From contig CAZSPD010000004.1 in NCBI GenBank assembly GCA_964608765.1, positions 658 through 64,657 of the forward strand: a stretch of DNA of 64,000 nt. The letters are read 5' to 3'. Of this stretch, positions 10,358 through 18,947 are shown piece by piece; position 1 is the stretch's first letter, and each line of letters opens with the position of its first letter. The notes under the pieces are model-generated. The model searched no databases. It was given only the letters and a program-made list of their open reading frames with translations, and was not told where the DNA came from. A program made the translations under genes and the position numbers. This DNA is from Candidatus Woesearchaeota archaeon (GTDB lineage Archaea > Nanobdellota > Nanobdellia > Pacearchaeales > GW2011-AR1).

Positions 10358-10542
10358 GAGGTTTCCTCCTCTATTTTTTGATGTAATTTTAATAGATATT
10401 CTTTTAGTGCTTTAACTTGTTCAGGGTTATTTCTTTTGTAAGCTTCTTCTAGTTTTTTTACACCTTCTTCGAATGCAATTATCACTTTATTTAGAAACAC
10501 AAAACTTCCAGATTGATCACCTTTTTTTTCTTCATCACCCAT
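10354..10542 (-). CDS. Small hypothetical protein in pilus operon
   Basis: 62 aa, overlaps the next gene by 4 nt (translational coupling). Confidence 0.55.
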   Translation of the reverse strand: MGDEEKKGDQSGSFVFLNKVIIAFEEGVKKLEEAYKRNNPEQVKALKEYLLKLHQKIEEETS

Positions 10543-10579
10543 CTAAGATTGATGTAAATTGCATTATTAAATATTTTGA

Positions 10580-12199
10580 TTACTCTATTTCGAATCTTTT
10601 TAGAATTTCTTGAGGTTTCTTATAATACTCGTTGATTATATCTTGAACCTCTTCGAACTTGAAGATTCCTTGTTGATATATTTTGTATAGCAATTGAACT
10701 CTCCTTTTATATTCTAATTCTAATTCTTCGATTCTAATTCCATATCTTTTTCTTATTTTTTCAAATATTTTACTATTCTTTTTAGAGTAAAATTCATTTT
10801 CTAGAGCATTCCAGACAAAAGGAGTATTAGTTAGTGCAATACCGTCGAGAGTTACATTGATTATTTCAACTACTTCTTTTAGTTTTCTTGTTTCTTCTTT
10901 ATTTACAATAGCGTGAGTCATAATACAGACACAGTCAAGAACATTAAGTAGTGTTGGAGATAATTCAATTGGAGGTGTTTCTAGTCTTTTGATGAGGGTA
11001 TCTACAGAATCTGCGTGAATTGTACTTATAGATGAGTGTCCTGAAGCCATTCCCTGGAATAGTACTGATGCTTCTGCACCTCTAACTTCACCTACTATTA
11101 CATAGTCTGGGTTTTGTCTGAATGAGCTTCTAAGTAAGTCAAATAAGCTTATTTCTCCAGTGTTTCCAACTCCTGTTGCACTTCTTGCAACACTAGGAAG
11201 CCAGTTATCTCTAGGTAGATTAAGTTCTCTTGTATCTTCAATTGAAACTACTCTTGATTCTGGAGGAACAAAAAATGCTATTGCATTAAGTAAAGTTGTC
11301 TTACCTGAAGATGTTCCACCTGCTATAAGTATATTCATTTGATATTGGACAAGCAACCATAAATATGCTAAGATTTCAGGGCTTAGTGTTCCAAATGCAA
11401 TTAATTGAGGAGGAGTCCAAGGTGTTTTAGTGAACTTTCTTATTGTGTATGTTGGACCTTTACTTGTAATATCTTTTGTATAAGTAGCATTAACTCTCGA
11501 ACCATCAGGAAGACTTGCATCTAAGATAGGTCTTGAATATGAAATGTATTTTCCACATCTTTGAGCAAGTTTTTCAACGAAACTTTGTAGGTTATCAATA
11601 TCTCTGTATACTAAATTTGTTCTCATGTTTCTATATACTCTATGAACAAGATATACTGAAGAGTTTGCTCCATTACACTCAATATCTTCAACAAAATAGT
11701 CTCTAAGTAAAGGTTCTACTTCATTAAATCCAATAAAGTCCCTGCATAAGTAGTAGAATATTTTTTTGTAGCTTTCATAAGATAATTCTATTCCTAATTC
11801 TATTGCTAAAATTTTTAATCTTTTATCTATATATTCTAAAAGCTTTGTTTTTTCTTTATCAACAACTGTTTCAAAATCAATTAAATTATTCATAGCTGTG
11901 ATTATTTCTTCTTTTTTCTTTTCTTCTTCTGCAGTTAATAGAGGTTCTTCAATATCATATACTACTTCGTATAGTTCAGGGTCCCAGTGTATATGTACAA
12001 ATGTAAAAGGAGCAATTAAACAATATCTTACATCTACTTTTGTTTTATCTTTGATTCTTTTTAGAGGAGGAATTATAGGATTAAAGTTTATAGGGGGCAT
12101 TGGATAATCTTTTATATAAGTTGTATTTGGTTTTTTCTCATCTTTACTTTTAACTCTCACTTCTGTTTTTTTTATCTCTGCTTTTTTTACTTCTGCCAT
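10580..12199 (-). CDS. Type IV pilus/secretion assembly ATPase (TadA/FlaI/VirB11 family)
   Basis: Walker A GGTSSGKTT, SIEDTREL, RQNPDYVIVGEVRG, GHSSISTIHA. Confidence 0.95.
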   Translation of the reverse strand: MAEVKKAEIKKTEVRVKSKDEKKPNTTYIKDYPMPPINFNPIIPPLKRIKDKTKVDVRYCLIAPFTFVHIHWDPELYEVVYDIEEPLLTAEEEKKKEEIITAMNNLIDFETVVDKEKTKLLEYIDKRLKILAIELGIELSYESYKKIFYYLCRDFIGFNEVEPLLRDYFVEDIECNGANSSVYLVHRVYRNMRTNLVYRDIDNLQSFVEKLAQRCGKYISYSRPILDASLPDGSRVNATYTKDITSKGPTYTIRKFTKTPWTPPQLIAFGTLSPEILAYLWLLVQYQMNILIAGGTSSGKTTLLNAIAFFVPPESRVVSIEDTRELNLPRDNWLPSVARSATGVGNTGEISLFDLLRSSFRQNPDYVIVGEVRGAEASVLFQGMASGHSSISTIHADSVDTLIKRLETPPIELSPTLLNVLDCVCIMTHAIVNKEETRKLKEVVEIINVTLDGIALTNTPFVWNALENEFYSKKNSKIFEKIRKRYGIRIEELELEYKRRVQLLYKIYQQGIFKFEEVQDIINEYYKKPQEILKRFEIE

Positions 12200-12200
12200 T

Positions 12201-12764
12201 TTATCCTAAATAAAAGTTTATTACCTCTTTTCCTTGTTGTGTTCCTTCTCCTTTATTTTCTATAAAGAGTTTGTAAGCACTTGATGCCATTGTTAGTGTT
12301 TTACCCTCGTTTTTTTCTTGATATATTAAATCATAATCTTCAGAGAAATCTCTTTCAAGAATAACTTTACTGTATTGGTGTTCACCTTCAGTTAATATTT
12401 TTATGTTTCCGTCAGAGATTGCTTCTCCTGGTTCTGAGTATTTATATTCTGTTTGTATTTCAAACCTTATCTTATCGTTTTCTGAATCGATTATGAATTC
12501 TCCTTTTTTAATTCCAACTTCAATTAATCTTTTGTTTCCAACACTTCCTATTGTGGTTATTGAACTATCAATTTCTTTTATTATTTCTAGTGATTGTTTT
12601 ATTGTTGATTGGTCTCTCATCTCTTCTATTTTTGGTTTTACATAGGACAATACAAGTCCTATCATAATGAATGCAATTAAAAGATAAACAACAGTTTCAA
12701 TCCACACTTGTGCCTTGTGGTTTTTTAAAACTGTATTTTTCTTTACTGCCCCCTTTTTTTTCAT
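12201..12764 (-). CDS. Pilin-like protein with class III signal peptide
   Basis: HKA|QVWIETVVYLLIAFIMIGLVL. Confidence 0.8.
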   Translation of the reverse strand: MKKKGAVKKNTVLKNHKAQVWIETVVYLLIAFIMIGLVLSYVKPKIEEMRDQSTIKQSLEIIKEIDSSITTIGSVGNKRLIEVGIKKGEFIIDSENDKIRFEIQTEYKYSEPGEAISDGNIKILTEGEHQYSKVILERDFSEDYDLIYQEKNEGKTLTMASSAYKLFIENKGEGTQQGKEVINFYLG

Positions 12765-12803
12765 GTTTATTTAACTGAAATTTAGTTTATAATGTTTTCT
12801 TTT

Positions 12804-13319
12804 TTATCCCAGTAATGCACAATTAGGAATATCATTTATTTGAGAGGTTATTCCACATTGGTGCGTGTTTACTACTGGGGCTATTCTTATCCAGTCTACA
12901 TTATTTATTGTGCCTGAAAATCCACTTACAATATATGTTTTTCCTTCATTTTTTCCTGGAAGAGTTAGGTGCGTTTCTTCTTCATTATCATAGTATTTAA
13001 TGTCGTCGTAAGTTCTTTCAACATTTGTTAAAGTTACTACCTTTGAATTTCCTCCAACCATTATTGATATTACAACAGCATCAACTTCCACATCAGCAAT
13101 ATTTAGAGAAACTTGTACACTGTCTTCAGTGTAGCAGGTGTATAATTCATTTAGTGTGACTTTTTCTCCTGTTTCAACATTGAAGCATGAATCAACTTGG
13201 TTTTGGTTTTCATTAATCACTTTTTTGACAAATGTCCAGACAATTGTTATTGCAGCCATTGTAAGAAGTATTATTACTACTGTGGCAACAACAGCTGAGA
13301 GAGCTTTTTTATTTTTCAT
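12804..13319 (-). CDS. Archaeal pilin (class III signal peptide)
   Basis: MKNKKA|LSAVVATVVIILLTMAAITIVW. Confidence 0.88.
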   Translation of the reverse strand: MKNKKALSAVVATVVIILLTMAAITIVWTFVKKVINENQNQVDSCFNVETGEKVTLNELYTCYTEDSVQVSLNIADVEVDAVVISIMVGGNSKVVTLTNVERTYDDIKYYDNEEETHLTLPGKNEGKTYIVSGFSGTINNVDWIRIAPVVNTHQCGITSQINDIPNCALLG

Positions 13320-13323
13320 TTTA

Positions 13324-13803
13324 TTATTTTGCTGAAAGCCTTACTCCATATCTATTTTCATTGCACGCATAAGTTCTTCTTCCGTGATTTGACTCTCCCA
13401 ATAGTACTGGAATTAATATAATTTCTTTTGCAGCATCTCCAGCTTTGAATTCTGGGTATGCAAACATACCTCCTTGTATTAATCCTTCTTGTGGCCAATC
13501 TGCATTTGGGTCTGCAGTTAAATCTGTTTTTTTATGAGAGCCTTCTCCTACTATTTTAACATCTATGCCGTAAATAGGAACATTTCCAAAATTAGTAATA
13601 TATAATCCAGTAAATTTAGTGTAGCTTGCATCAAAATCAACATCATCACAAACTAATTCTATATTTCGATTATCAAATTTTGTTATTGCTTCTTGAGTCA
13701 TTCCTTTAATCCAGAAAAATACTATTAAGGCTATTACAACAACTAATACTATTAGAAGAACAGTAGCAACAACAGGGGAAAGAGCCTTTTTTTCTTTTTT
13801 CAC
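13324..13803 (-). CDS. Archaeal pilin (class III signal peptide)
   Basis: KKA|LSPVVATVLLIVLVVVIALIVF; GTG start. Confidence 0.88.
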   Translation of the reverse strand: MKKEKKALSPVVATVLLIVLVVVIALIVFFWIKGMTQEAITKFDNRNIELVCDDVDFDASYTKFTGLYITNFGNVPIYGIDVKIVGEGSHKKTDLTADPNADWPQEGLIQGGMFAYPEFKAGDAAKEIILIPVLLGESNHGRRTYACNENRYGVRLSAK

Positions 13804-13876
13804 TTTCTTTTTTATACCTCTTTATGTTTATACTATCATTTTAGTATTTTTAAATTCTTTGATTAGGTGTTTGGGC

Positions 13877-14443
13877 TTAATTACATGAAATTTCTTTTAC
13901 TGTTTTTTGTTCTGCACAACTTACTACCATCATTTTTCCATTTTCACTCTGCCATCTCATTGGAACAATTATAAGATAGTGCGCATTTCCACTTATTCCT
14001 GTTAAGTCATAGTTATTTTCTTCTAGTGAGCCTGGTTTAAATGTACTACTTAGTGTTGGACCTTCAAGTTCTACTCCTAGTTTTATTCCCTCTACTTTTG
14101 AATCTTTAAGTTTTGGTGAAAATCCCCCTCTATAATCTGTATTATTCTCTGCAATATTCAGTGTTGCAGATTCTATTTCTGAAGAATTAGATATATACAC
14201 AAAATAACCTGTTAAATTAAATCTCCCATCATTTTCTAAAGTAAAAGTTAATTTTTGGTCAGTACAGTCGTAATTGTAATTTTTAATTAAGAGAGAGGCT
14301 CCTTCTGGACAGGTTATTTTATCTTTTGGAGTATATGTTCTAAGAACAGCGTATACAATGAGTGCAATTACAACTAATAAAGCAATTAAGATAACATATT
14401 CTAACATAATGCTTATGGCTTTCTTGTTTTTTGTTAGTTTCAT
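13877..14443 (-). CDS. Archaeal pilin (class III signal peptide)
   Basis: KKA|ISIMLEYVILIALLVVIALIVY; paralog of 14475..15218. Confidence 0.85.
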   Translation of the reverse strand: MKLTKNKKAISIMLEYVILIALLVVIALIVYAVLRTYTPKDKITCPEGASLLIKNYNYDCTDQKLTFTLENDGRFNLTGYFVYISNSSEIESATLNIAENNTDYRGGFSPKLKDSKVEGIKLGVELEGPTLSSTFKPGSLEENNYDLTGISGNAHYLIIVPMRWQSENGKMMVVSCAEQKTVKEISCN

Positions 14444-14474
14444 TTTAGGATAATTAAGTAGTGTGTGTTATTAA

Positions 14475-15218
14475 TTAAGGCATTGCCTCAACACATTTTC
14501 CATTTGAGTCGCAAAATTCATTAGTTTCACAAGGTCCACAATCAATATTTTCATAACAATTATCTAAAATTATTCCACAATCTCTTTCTGCACATAAAAT
14601 ATTTTTGCCTAAACTGACACATTCTTCAGTACATCCATTACTAAATTCTTCTTTTATTCTTTGATTTCTACAACTTGCTAAAACTTCTCTTCTTCCTTCT
14701 TTTTGCCATCTTATTGGAACTATTTCTATTCCATAAATTTCAATGTCAGGACTTCCTAGAATATATTCGTGTTTTTCTGGTCCATCTCCTGGATTAAATG
14801 TATTTTTTTTAAGCTTACTTGAATCTAAGGGGTCTCCTCCAAGTTTTACTCCATTTATATTGAGTAGTTCACTTAGGTTGTTAGAGTAATTTGTTTGATA
14901 TTTTGAAGCTTCAAGTGTAGCCATTGTTTTTTTAGAGTCATCTATTAGGTAAATAAAATATCCTCCAACAGAGAATTGACCTGTATTTTTTATTTCTAGT
15001 GTAAGTGTTCCAGTTGTGCAATCATAACTTCTACTTATTATTGAGAGTGAGACTCCTTCAGGACACTCAGCATAAGAGTCTTTAGGAACATAGGTTTTTT
15101 GCCATTGATATACTATTACACCTATTACTGTAACAAGTACAACAATAAGAAGATATCCTATTACTACACTTAGTGCTTTTTTAGATCGTATATACATATC
15201 TTTCACCTCCTTTGTCAT
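14475..15218 (-). CDS. Archaeal pilin with C-terminal Cys-rich module
   Basis: KKA|LSVVIGYLLIVVLVTVIGVIVY; ends DCGIILDNCYENIDCGPCETNEFCDSNGKCV. Confidence 0.85.
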   Translation of the reverse strand: MTKEVKDMYIRSKKALSVVIGYLLIVVLVTVIGVIVYQWQKTYVPKDSYAECPEGVSLSIISRSYDCTTGTLTLEIKNTGQFSVGGYFIYLIDDSKKTMATLEASKYQTNYSNNLSELLNINGVKLGGDPLDSSKLKKNTFNPGDGPEKHEYILGSPDIEIYGIEIVPIRWQKEGRREVLASCRNQRIKEEFSNGCTEECVSLGKNILCAERDCGIILDNCYENIDCGPCETNEFCDSNGKCVEAMP

Positions 15219-15651
15219 AAATAATTATAGAATAAAAATTTTTCCCTTTTTCAAGAGGGAATGTGTAATAATTTTTATCTTTTTCAAATCTTATTTCATT
15301 GTTTCCAACATTCAAATTTCCAACAGATATTTTTTCTGATTCAGTGTATTGGTAGCTTTCTTTAATACCTTTGTCTACATCAACAACTATAAAATAAATT
15401 TCTTTATCTTTTGTATAATCAGAGAATTTCATAGAGAAATCTTGGAATTCATTTAAAGGAGTTCCGGGGTTGTTTAGTTCATAGTCTAAAACTCTTTCAG
15501 CTTCTATTTTAAGTTCTTCTGCAGTGTATAATCCTTCATAAGTTATTTTTTTTGTATAGTAGTTTGAAGAGTAAGTTAGTGCTATTAGTGCTCCTACTAT
15601 TATTATTGATGCAATTAAGTAGAATTGTCCTTTTTTATCACCTTTTTTCAT
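15181..15651 (-). CDS. Pilin-like protein with class III signal peptide
   Basis: KKG|QFYLIASIIIVGALIAL. Confidence 0.75.
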   Translation of the reverse strand: MKKGDKKGQFYLIASIIIVGALIALTYSSNYYTKKITYEGLYTAEELKIEAERVLDYELNNPGTPLNEFQDFSMKFSDYTKDKEIYFIVVDVDKGIKESYQYTESEKISVGNLNVGNNEIRFEKDKNYYTFPLEKGKNFYSIIIYDKGGERYVYTI

Positions 15652-15687
15652 TTTATTTAGTATGATTTTATTAATAATCTTTGTTTT

Positions 15688-16812
15688 TTATACTTTTAGG
15701 ATATATTGGGGTATTAGTTTTTTTGCGTTTTTTCTTCTTTTTTGATGTTCTTCTAAGAATTTACTTATTTTTTCAATAGTGTATTTTTTTAATTCACCTG
15801 TAGATAGTTTTCCAGATTTGTAATCTTTTTCAATTTGTCCAAGTATTTTATCATCTTCTTCAAAAAAGTATTTTAAATACTGGAATGAAACATCTACTTC
15901 TGTGTTTCCACCTAATTTTCTATGTTCTTCAATTGTCTCTCTTCCTCCTGAGAATGCGTATTTGTTTATTTTGTTTTTTACTTCAGAAGGAGAGTCTGTT
16001 GATAAGATGCTTTTAATTGATTCAGTGCTACTCATTTTACCTGTGTGCCCTGTTAGAGGAGGAAGAAATGAGCACTGGATACTTGCTGGTTTATAATATC
16101 CTAGTTTTGGTAGAATATCCCTTGTTATTCTAAAGTGGGGGTCTTGGTCAATAGCATGGGGTATTAAACAAGGTATTTTTTTCTTTTTTAATATTGAGGG
16201 TAAAAATGCTGGGACAGCTTGCATTGCAGTGTAAAAGATGCTTCCAACATTATTTGTATCTGTGAACCCAAAACTTGATTTTATTGTAGAGAAAGTTATT
16301 TTTTTTGCAACTTTTATTGCTTCAGGATACATTATTCCTGAGTGTGTTGTGTCAATTATAAAATGGGTTTTTTTAGGGTTGAATCCTACAGCAATTACAT
16401 CAAGCATGTTTTCTTCAGTCCACTTTTGTATTTCTTCATAACTTAAATTTTTGTATAAGAATTTTTCATCGTCTGTGAATTGAAAATATAATTCACAATT
16501 AAATTTGTCTTGTAACCATTTTGCAAAATACCAGACTATTAAGTGTCCAATATGTATTGGTCCAGAAGGGCCACATCCAGTATAAAGGAAAAATTTATTG
16601 CCTTTTTCATATTCTTTAAGTATCCAATTTAAGTCTCTTCCAGCAAAAAAAATCTCTCTTCTTAACATTGGGTGAAGTTCACCTTTTGTGTGTTTTTTTA
16701 TTTTTTTTAGAATTTCTTCATCTATTTTTTCAAGTCCAAATTCTTTAATCAATCTTTCATAATTTACTTCACCTTTAACTTCGTAAGGATTAACAATCAT
16801 CTCTTTATCCAT
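15688..16812 (-). CDS. trpS: Tryptophan--tRNA ligase (archaeal/eukaryotic type)
   Basis: TGCGPSGPIHIGH, AIDQDPHFRITRD, KMSST, KYAFSGG. Confidence 0.97.
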   Translation of the reverse strand: MDKEMIVNPYEVKGEVNYERLIKEFGLEKIDEEILKKIKKHTKGELHPMLRREIFFAGRDLNWILKEYEKGNKFFLYTGCGPSGPIHIGHLIVWYFAKWLQDKFNCELYFQFTDDEKFLYKNLSYEEIQKWTEENMLDVIAVGFNPKKTHFIIDTTHSGIMYPEAIKVAKKITFSTIKSSFGFTDTNNVGSIFYTAMQAVPAFLPSILKKKKIPCLIPHAIDQDPHFRITRDILPKLGYYKPASIQCSFLPPLTGHTGKMSSTESIKSILSTDSPSEVKNKINKYAFSGGRETIEEHRKLGGNTEVDVSFQYLKYFFEEDDKILGQIEKDYKSGKLSTGELKKYTIEKISKFLEEHQKRRKNAKKLIPQYILKV

Positions 16813-16982
16813 GATAATAAAAGAGCCTTAAGTAATTTATTAATGTTTTCATTATTATATAGAAAGTGAAAATAATAAAAATTTAGAACCTTGAAAATTG
16901 AAAATCCTAAAATTGAAAACCACAGAATTCAGTGTAGAGCAAATTTTTCAAATTTTCACTACCCTATTTATTTCATAAATAG

Positions 16983-17242
16983 TGTAGACAAGTGGTTTGC
17001 TACTAAGCACCTCAGAGAACTGCCTTTATTCTTCCTCAACTCTGCGACCCGCTAAGCATTCCAATAGGTGTTTAGGGCTGCTCCGATCAAGGTCTGACCC
17101 GATTCGCATCTACGAAATCAAAACGGACAAAGCGTCAACGTTGGAACAAAGATTCCCTGACACACTTATCACGCCCCACTCGTAGTTTGCCATAAAGCCC
17201 GTTTGCAAGTAGCGGAGGGCTAACCCGCTAACGTAGTCTACA
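16983..17242 (-). ncRNA. ffs: Signal recognition particle RNA (archaeal 7S, ~260 nt)
   Basis: Ends pair (UGUAGAC/GUCUACA); Alu helices 3 and 4 with complementary loops (AGCCC/GGGCU); long helix 5 (AGUGG/CCACU, UCAGGGAA/UUCUCUGA, UUCC/GGAA); helix 8 GGUCAG-ACC-loop-GG-AGCAGCC at 17075-17100; TATA-like TTTAAAAA about 25 nt upstream; locally GC-rich. Confidence 0.87.
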
Positions 17243-17271
17243 ATAAAACAATAGAATTACTCTTTTTAAAT

Positions 17272-17664
17272 CTACTCTCTGATAGATACTTTTAGTTTCA
17301 TTTTATTTGCGCCAAAAAACTCTTTACAGAATTTTGCTGCTTTTTTTTCATCAAAATCTTTACAACTAAATATGTCTATGAATGCTTTTTTTGGATTTTG
17401 TTGTTCTTCAAAGTGCGCAGTTATAGAAGATGTTTCAATGAATTGCATGAATGAGTATCCTTCTAGTTTTCCAACACCAAATTTCTTAAGATAAGTTGGG
17501 CCGTATTTTTTCATCTTTATTTTTTTACAGAGTTCATCACAGAAGGATTTAATTTCTTTAGGTTTAGTTATTTTATCATTACACCCTACTAAATCTATGC
17601 TTGCTAATTTACCCCAAAACTTTTTATTACTCTTAGCCTCGTTGGTATTTTTATTTTTTTTCAT
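17272..17664 (-). CDS. speD: S-adenosylmethionine decarboxylase (SpeD) family proenzyme
   Basis: IDLVGC, EGYSFMQFIETSSITAHF, FIDIFSCKDFD; exact substrate uncertain. Confidence 0.8.
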   Translation of the reverse strand: MKKNKNTNEAKSNKKFWGKLASIDLVGCNDKITKPKEIKSFCDELCKKIKMKKYGPTYLKKFGVGKLEGYSFMQFIETSSITAHFEEQQNPKKAFIDIFSCKDFDEKKAAKFCKEFFGANKMKLKVSIRE

Positions 17665-17745
17665 AACACCATTAAAAAATTATTTATTTTTAAACTTAAT
17701 CCTTTTTTATTTTTTCAGAAAAATAGTTTTTTAGTAAAATATTTT

Positions 17746-18000
17746 TTATCCGAGGTGTGGAGGAGGGAGAAAATAGAACTCAAATGCTTGATAGTATCTT
17801 TTATATTCACTTTCATAGTGGATGAGAAATTCTTTTATTGTTTTTTTCATAGAATCTTTTTCTTTTTCAGGTAAATCAAGATTATTTATTTTCTTAACAT
17901 ATATCCTGGCAAGTTTATATTCAATATCTCTTCTACCAGGTGAGAAATCCATTTTCCTCTTGAAGGTGTTTTCATTTTCTTCAGGAATATTTTTTGTCAT
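17746..18000 (-). CDS. Hypothetical protein
   Basis: 84-aa ORF with normal composition. Confidence 0.55.
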   Translation of the reverse strand: MTKNIPEENENTFKRKMDFSPGRRDIEYKLARIYVKKINNLDLPEKEKDSMKKTIKEFLIHYESEYKRYYQAFEFYFLPPPHLG

Positions 18001-18047
18001 TTGAGATACCTTTATCTTAAATTAATTAATATTTTTTGTATTTAAAT

Positions 18048-18833
18048 TTAACTTAAGAGTAATTTTACTAGAATAAATATTAGGATAATTAAAATTATTA
18101 TTTGAGCTAGTATCCAGAATTTTTTAAATGTGGTTTCTTCTGAATATGTATAATTTAAAATTTCTTTTTGACAGTAGTTAGTTTCAAGTGGTTTATTATA
18201 TGAGAAAGAGCACTGGTTTTTATCAACACAACTTCTGGTCATTACTCCATTATTACACTCCCCCCATCCAGTACATTTCCAATTTGGTTCACAAGGTTTT
18301 ACATAATAATTATTGAGTTCTACTTTTTCTTCTTTGTATTCAATACGACAGGTTTTAGAACACCCATCAAAATTATTTAAATTTCCATCATCGCACTCTT
18401 CACCTTCATCTAATATTCCATTTCCACATTTTTCATTTAAATTACAATCTAGAGGACAACTATAACAATATCCATGAGGTGTTGTACAATTATTAACTGG
18501 ACACTCTCCGCAATCTTCTGGGCAAGTTTCACAAGTTTCATTTCCATTACATATTCCATCTCCGCAAAATTCAATTGAAGGACAGTTATCACAATCACAC
18601 GGGCAAGTTAAATAAGTTTCATAATTATTACATATCATATCTCCGCAAAATTCAATTATGCAATTAGCAGAGCATCCATCTCCATTTAGAGTATTTCCAT
18701 CATCACACTGTTCTCCTGTTTCTTTAATTCCATTTCCACATACTGGAGAAGCATTAATTACTCCTATTAAGAATATTAATAGTATAAATGAAGGTAGTGT
18801 TAATAGTATCTTTATTTCTCTTTTTCTCACCAT
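18048..18833 (-). CDS. Secreted protein with Myxococcus-type Cys-rich (DUF4215-like) repeats and C-terminal TM
   Basis: Signal peptide; CGNGIKETGEQCDDGNTLNGDGCSANC repeats; C-terminal hydrophobic helix. Confidence 0.85.
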   Translation of the reverse strand: MVRKREIKILLTLPSFILLIFLIGVINASPVCGNGIKETGEQCDDGNTLNGDGCSANCIIEFCGDMICNNYETYLTCPCDCDNCPSIEFCGDGICNGNETCETCPEDCGECPVNNCTTPHGYCYSCPLDCNLNEKCGNGILDEGEECDDGNLNNFDGCSKTCRIEYKEEKVELNNYYVKPCEPNWKCTGWGECNNGVMTRSCVDKNQCSFSYNKPLETNYCQKEILNYTYSEETTFKKFWILAQIIILIILIFILVKLLLS

Positions 18834-18947
18834 TAATCTTTATAGTTAAAACTACTTAAAAGCATATATGTTGTTTAAAAGATAAGTTGTTTTAGATATG
18901 ATTGACTAGTGTTTTTTAGGTGTTATTACAGTGTTATTGGGTTGTTA

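Noticed and set aside
8119-15651. Archaellum (fla/arl) operon
   Set aside because: No FlaH/FlaF/FlaG or archaellin signatures; two F-domain genes plus diverse pilins fit a type IV/Tad pilus.
16894-16989. Short repeats downstream of the SRP RNA (aaaattgaaaa twice; agtgtaga at 16931 and 16981) as an att remnant
   Set aside because: Too short and AT-rich to distinguish from chance.
16983-17242. RNase P RNA, and the 62-aa ORF at 16997..17185
   Set aside because: No GAGGAAAGUCC P4 signature, while the SRP helix 8 and Alu features fit; the ORF is antisense to the RNA and has atypical composition.
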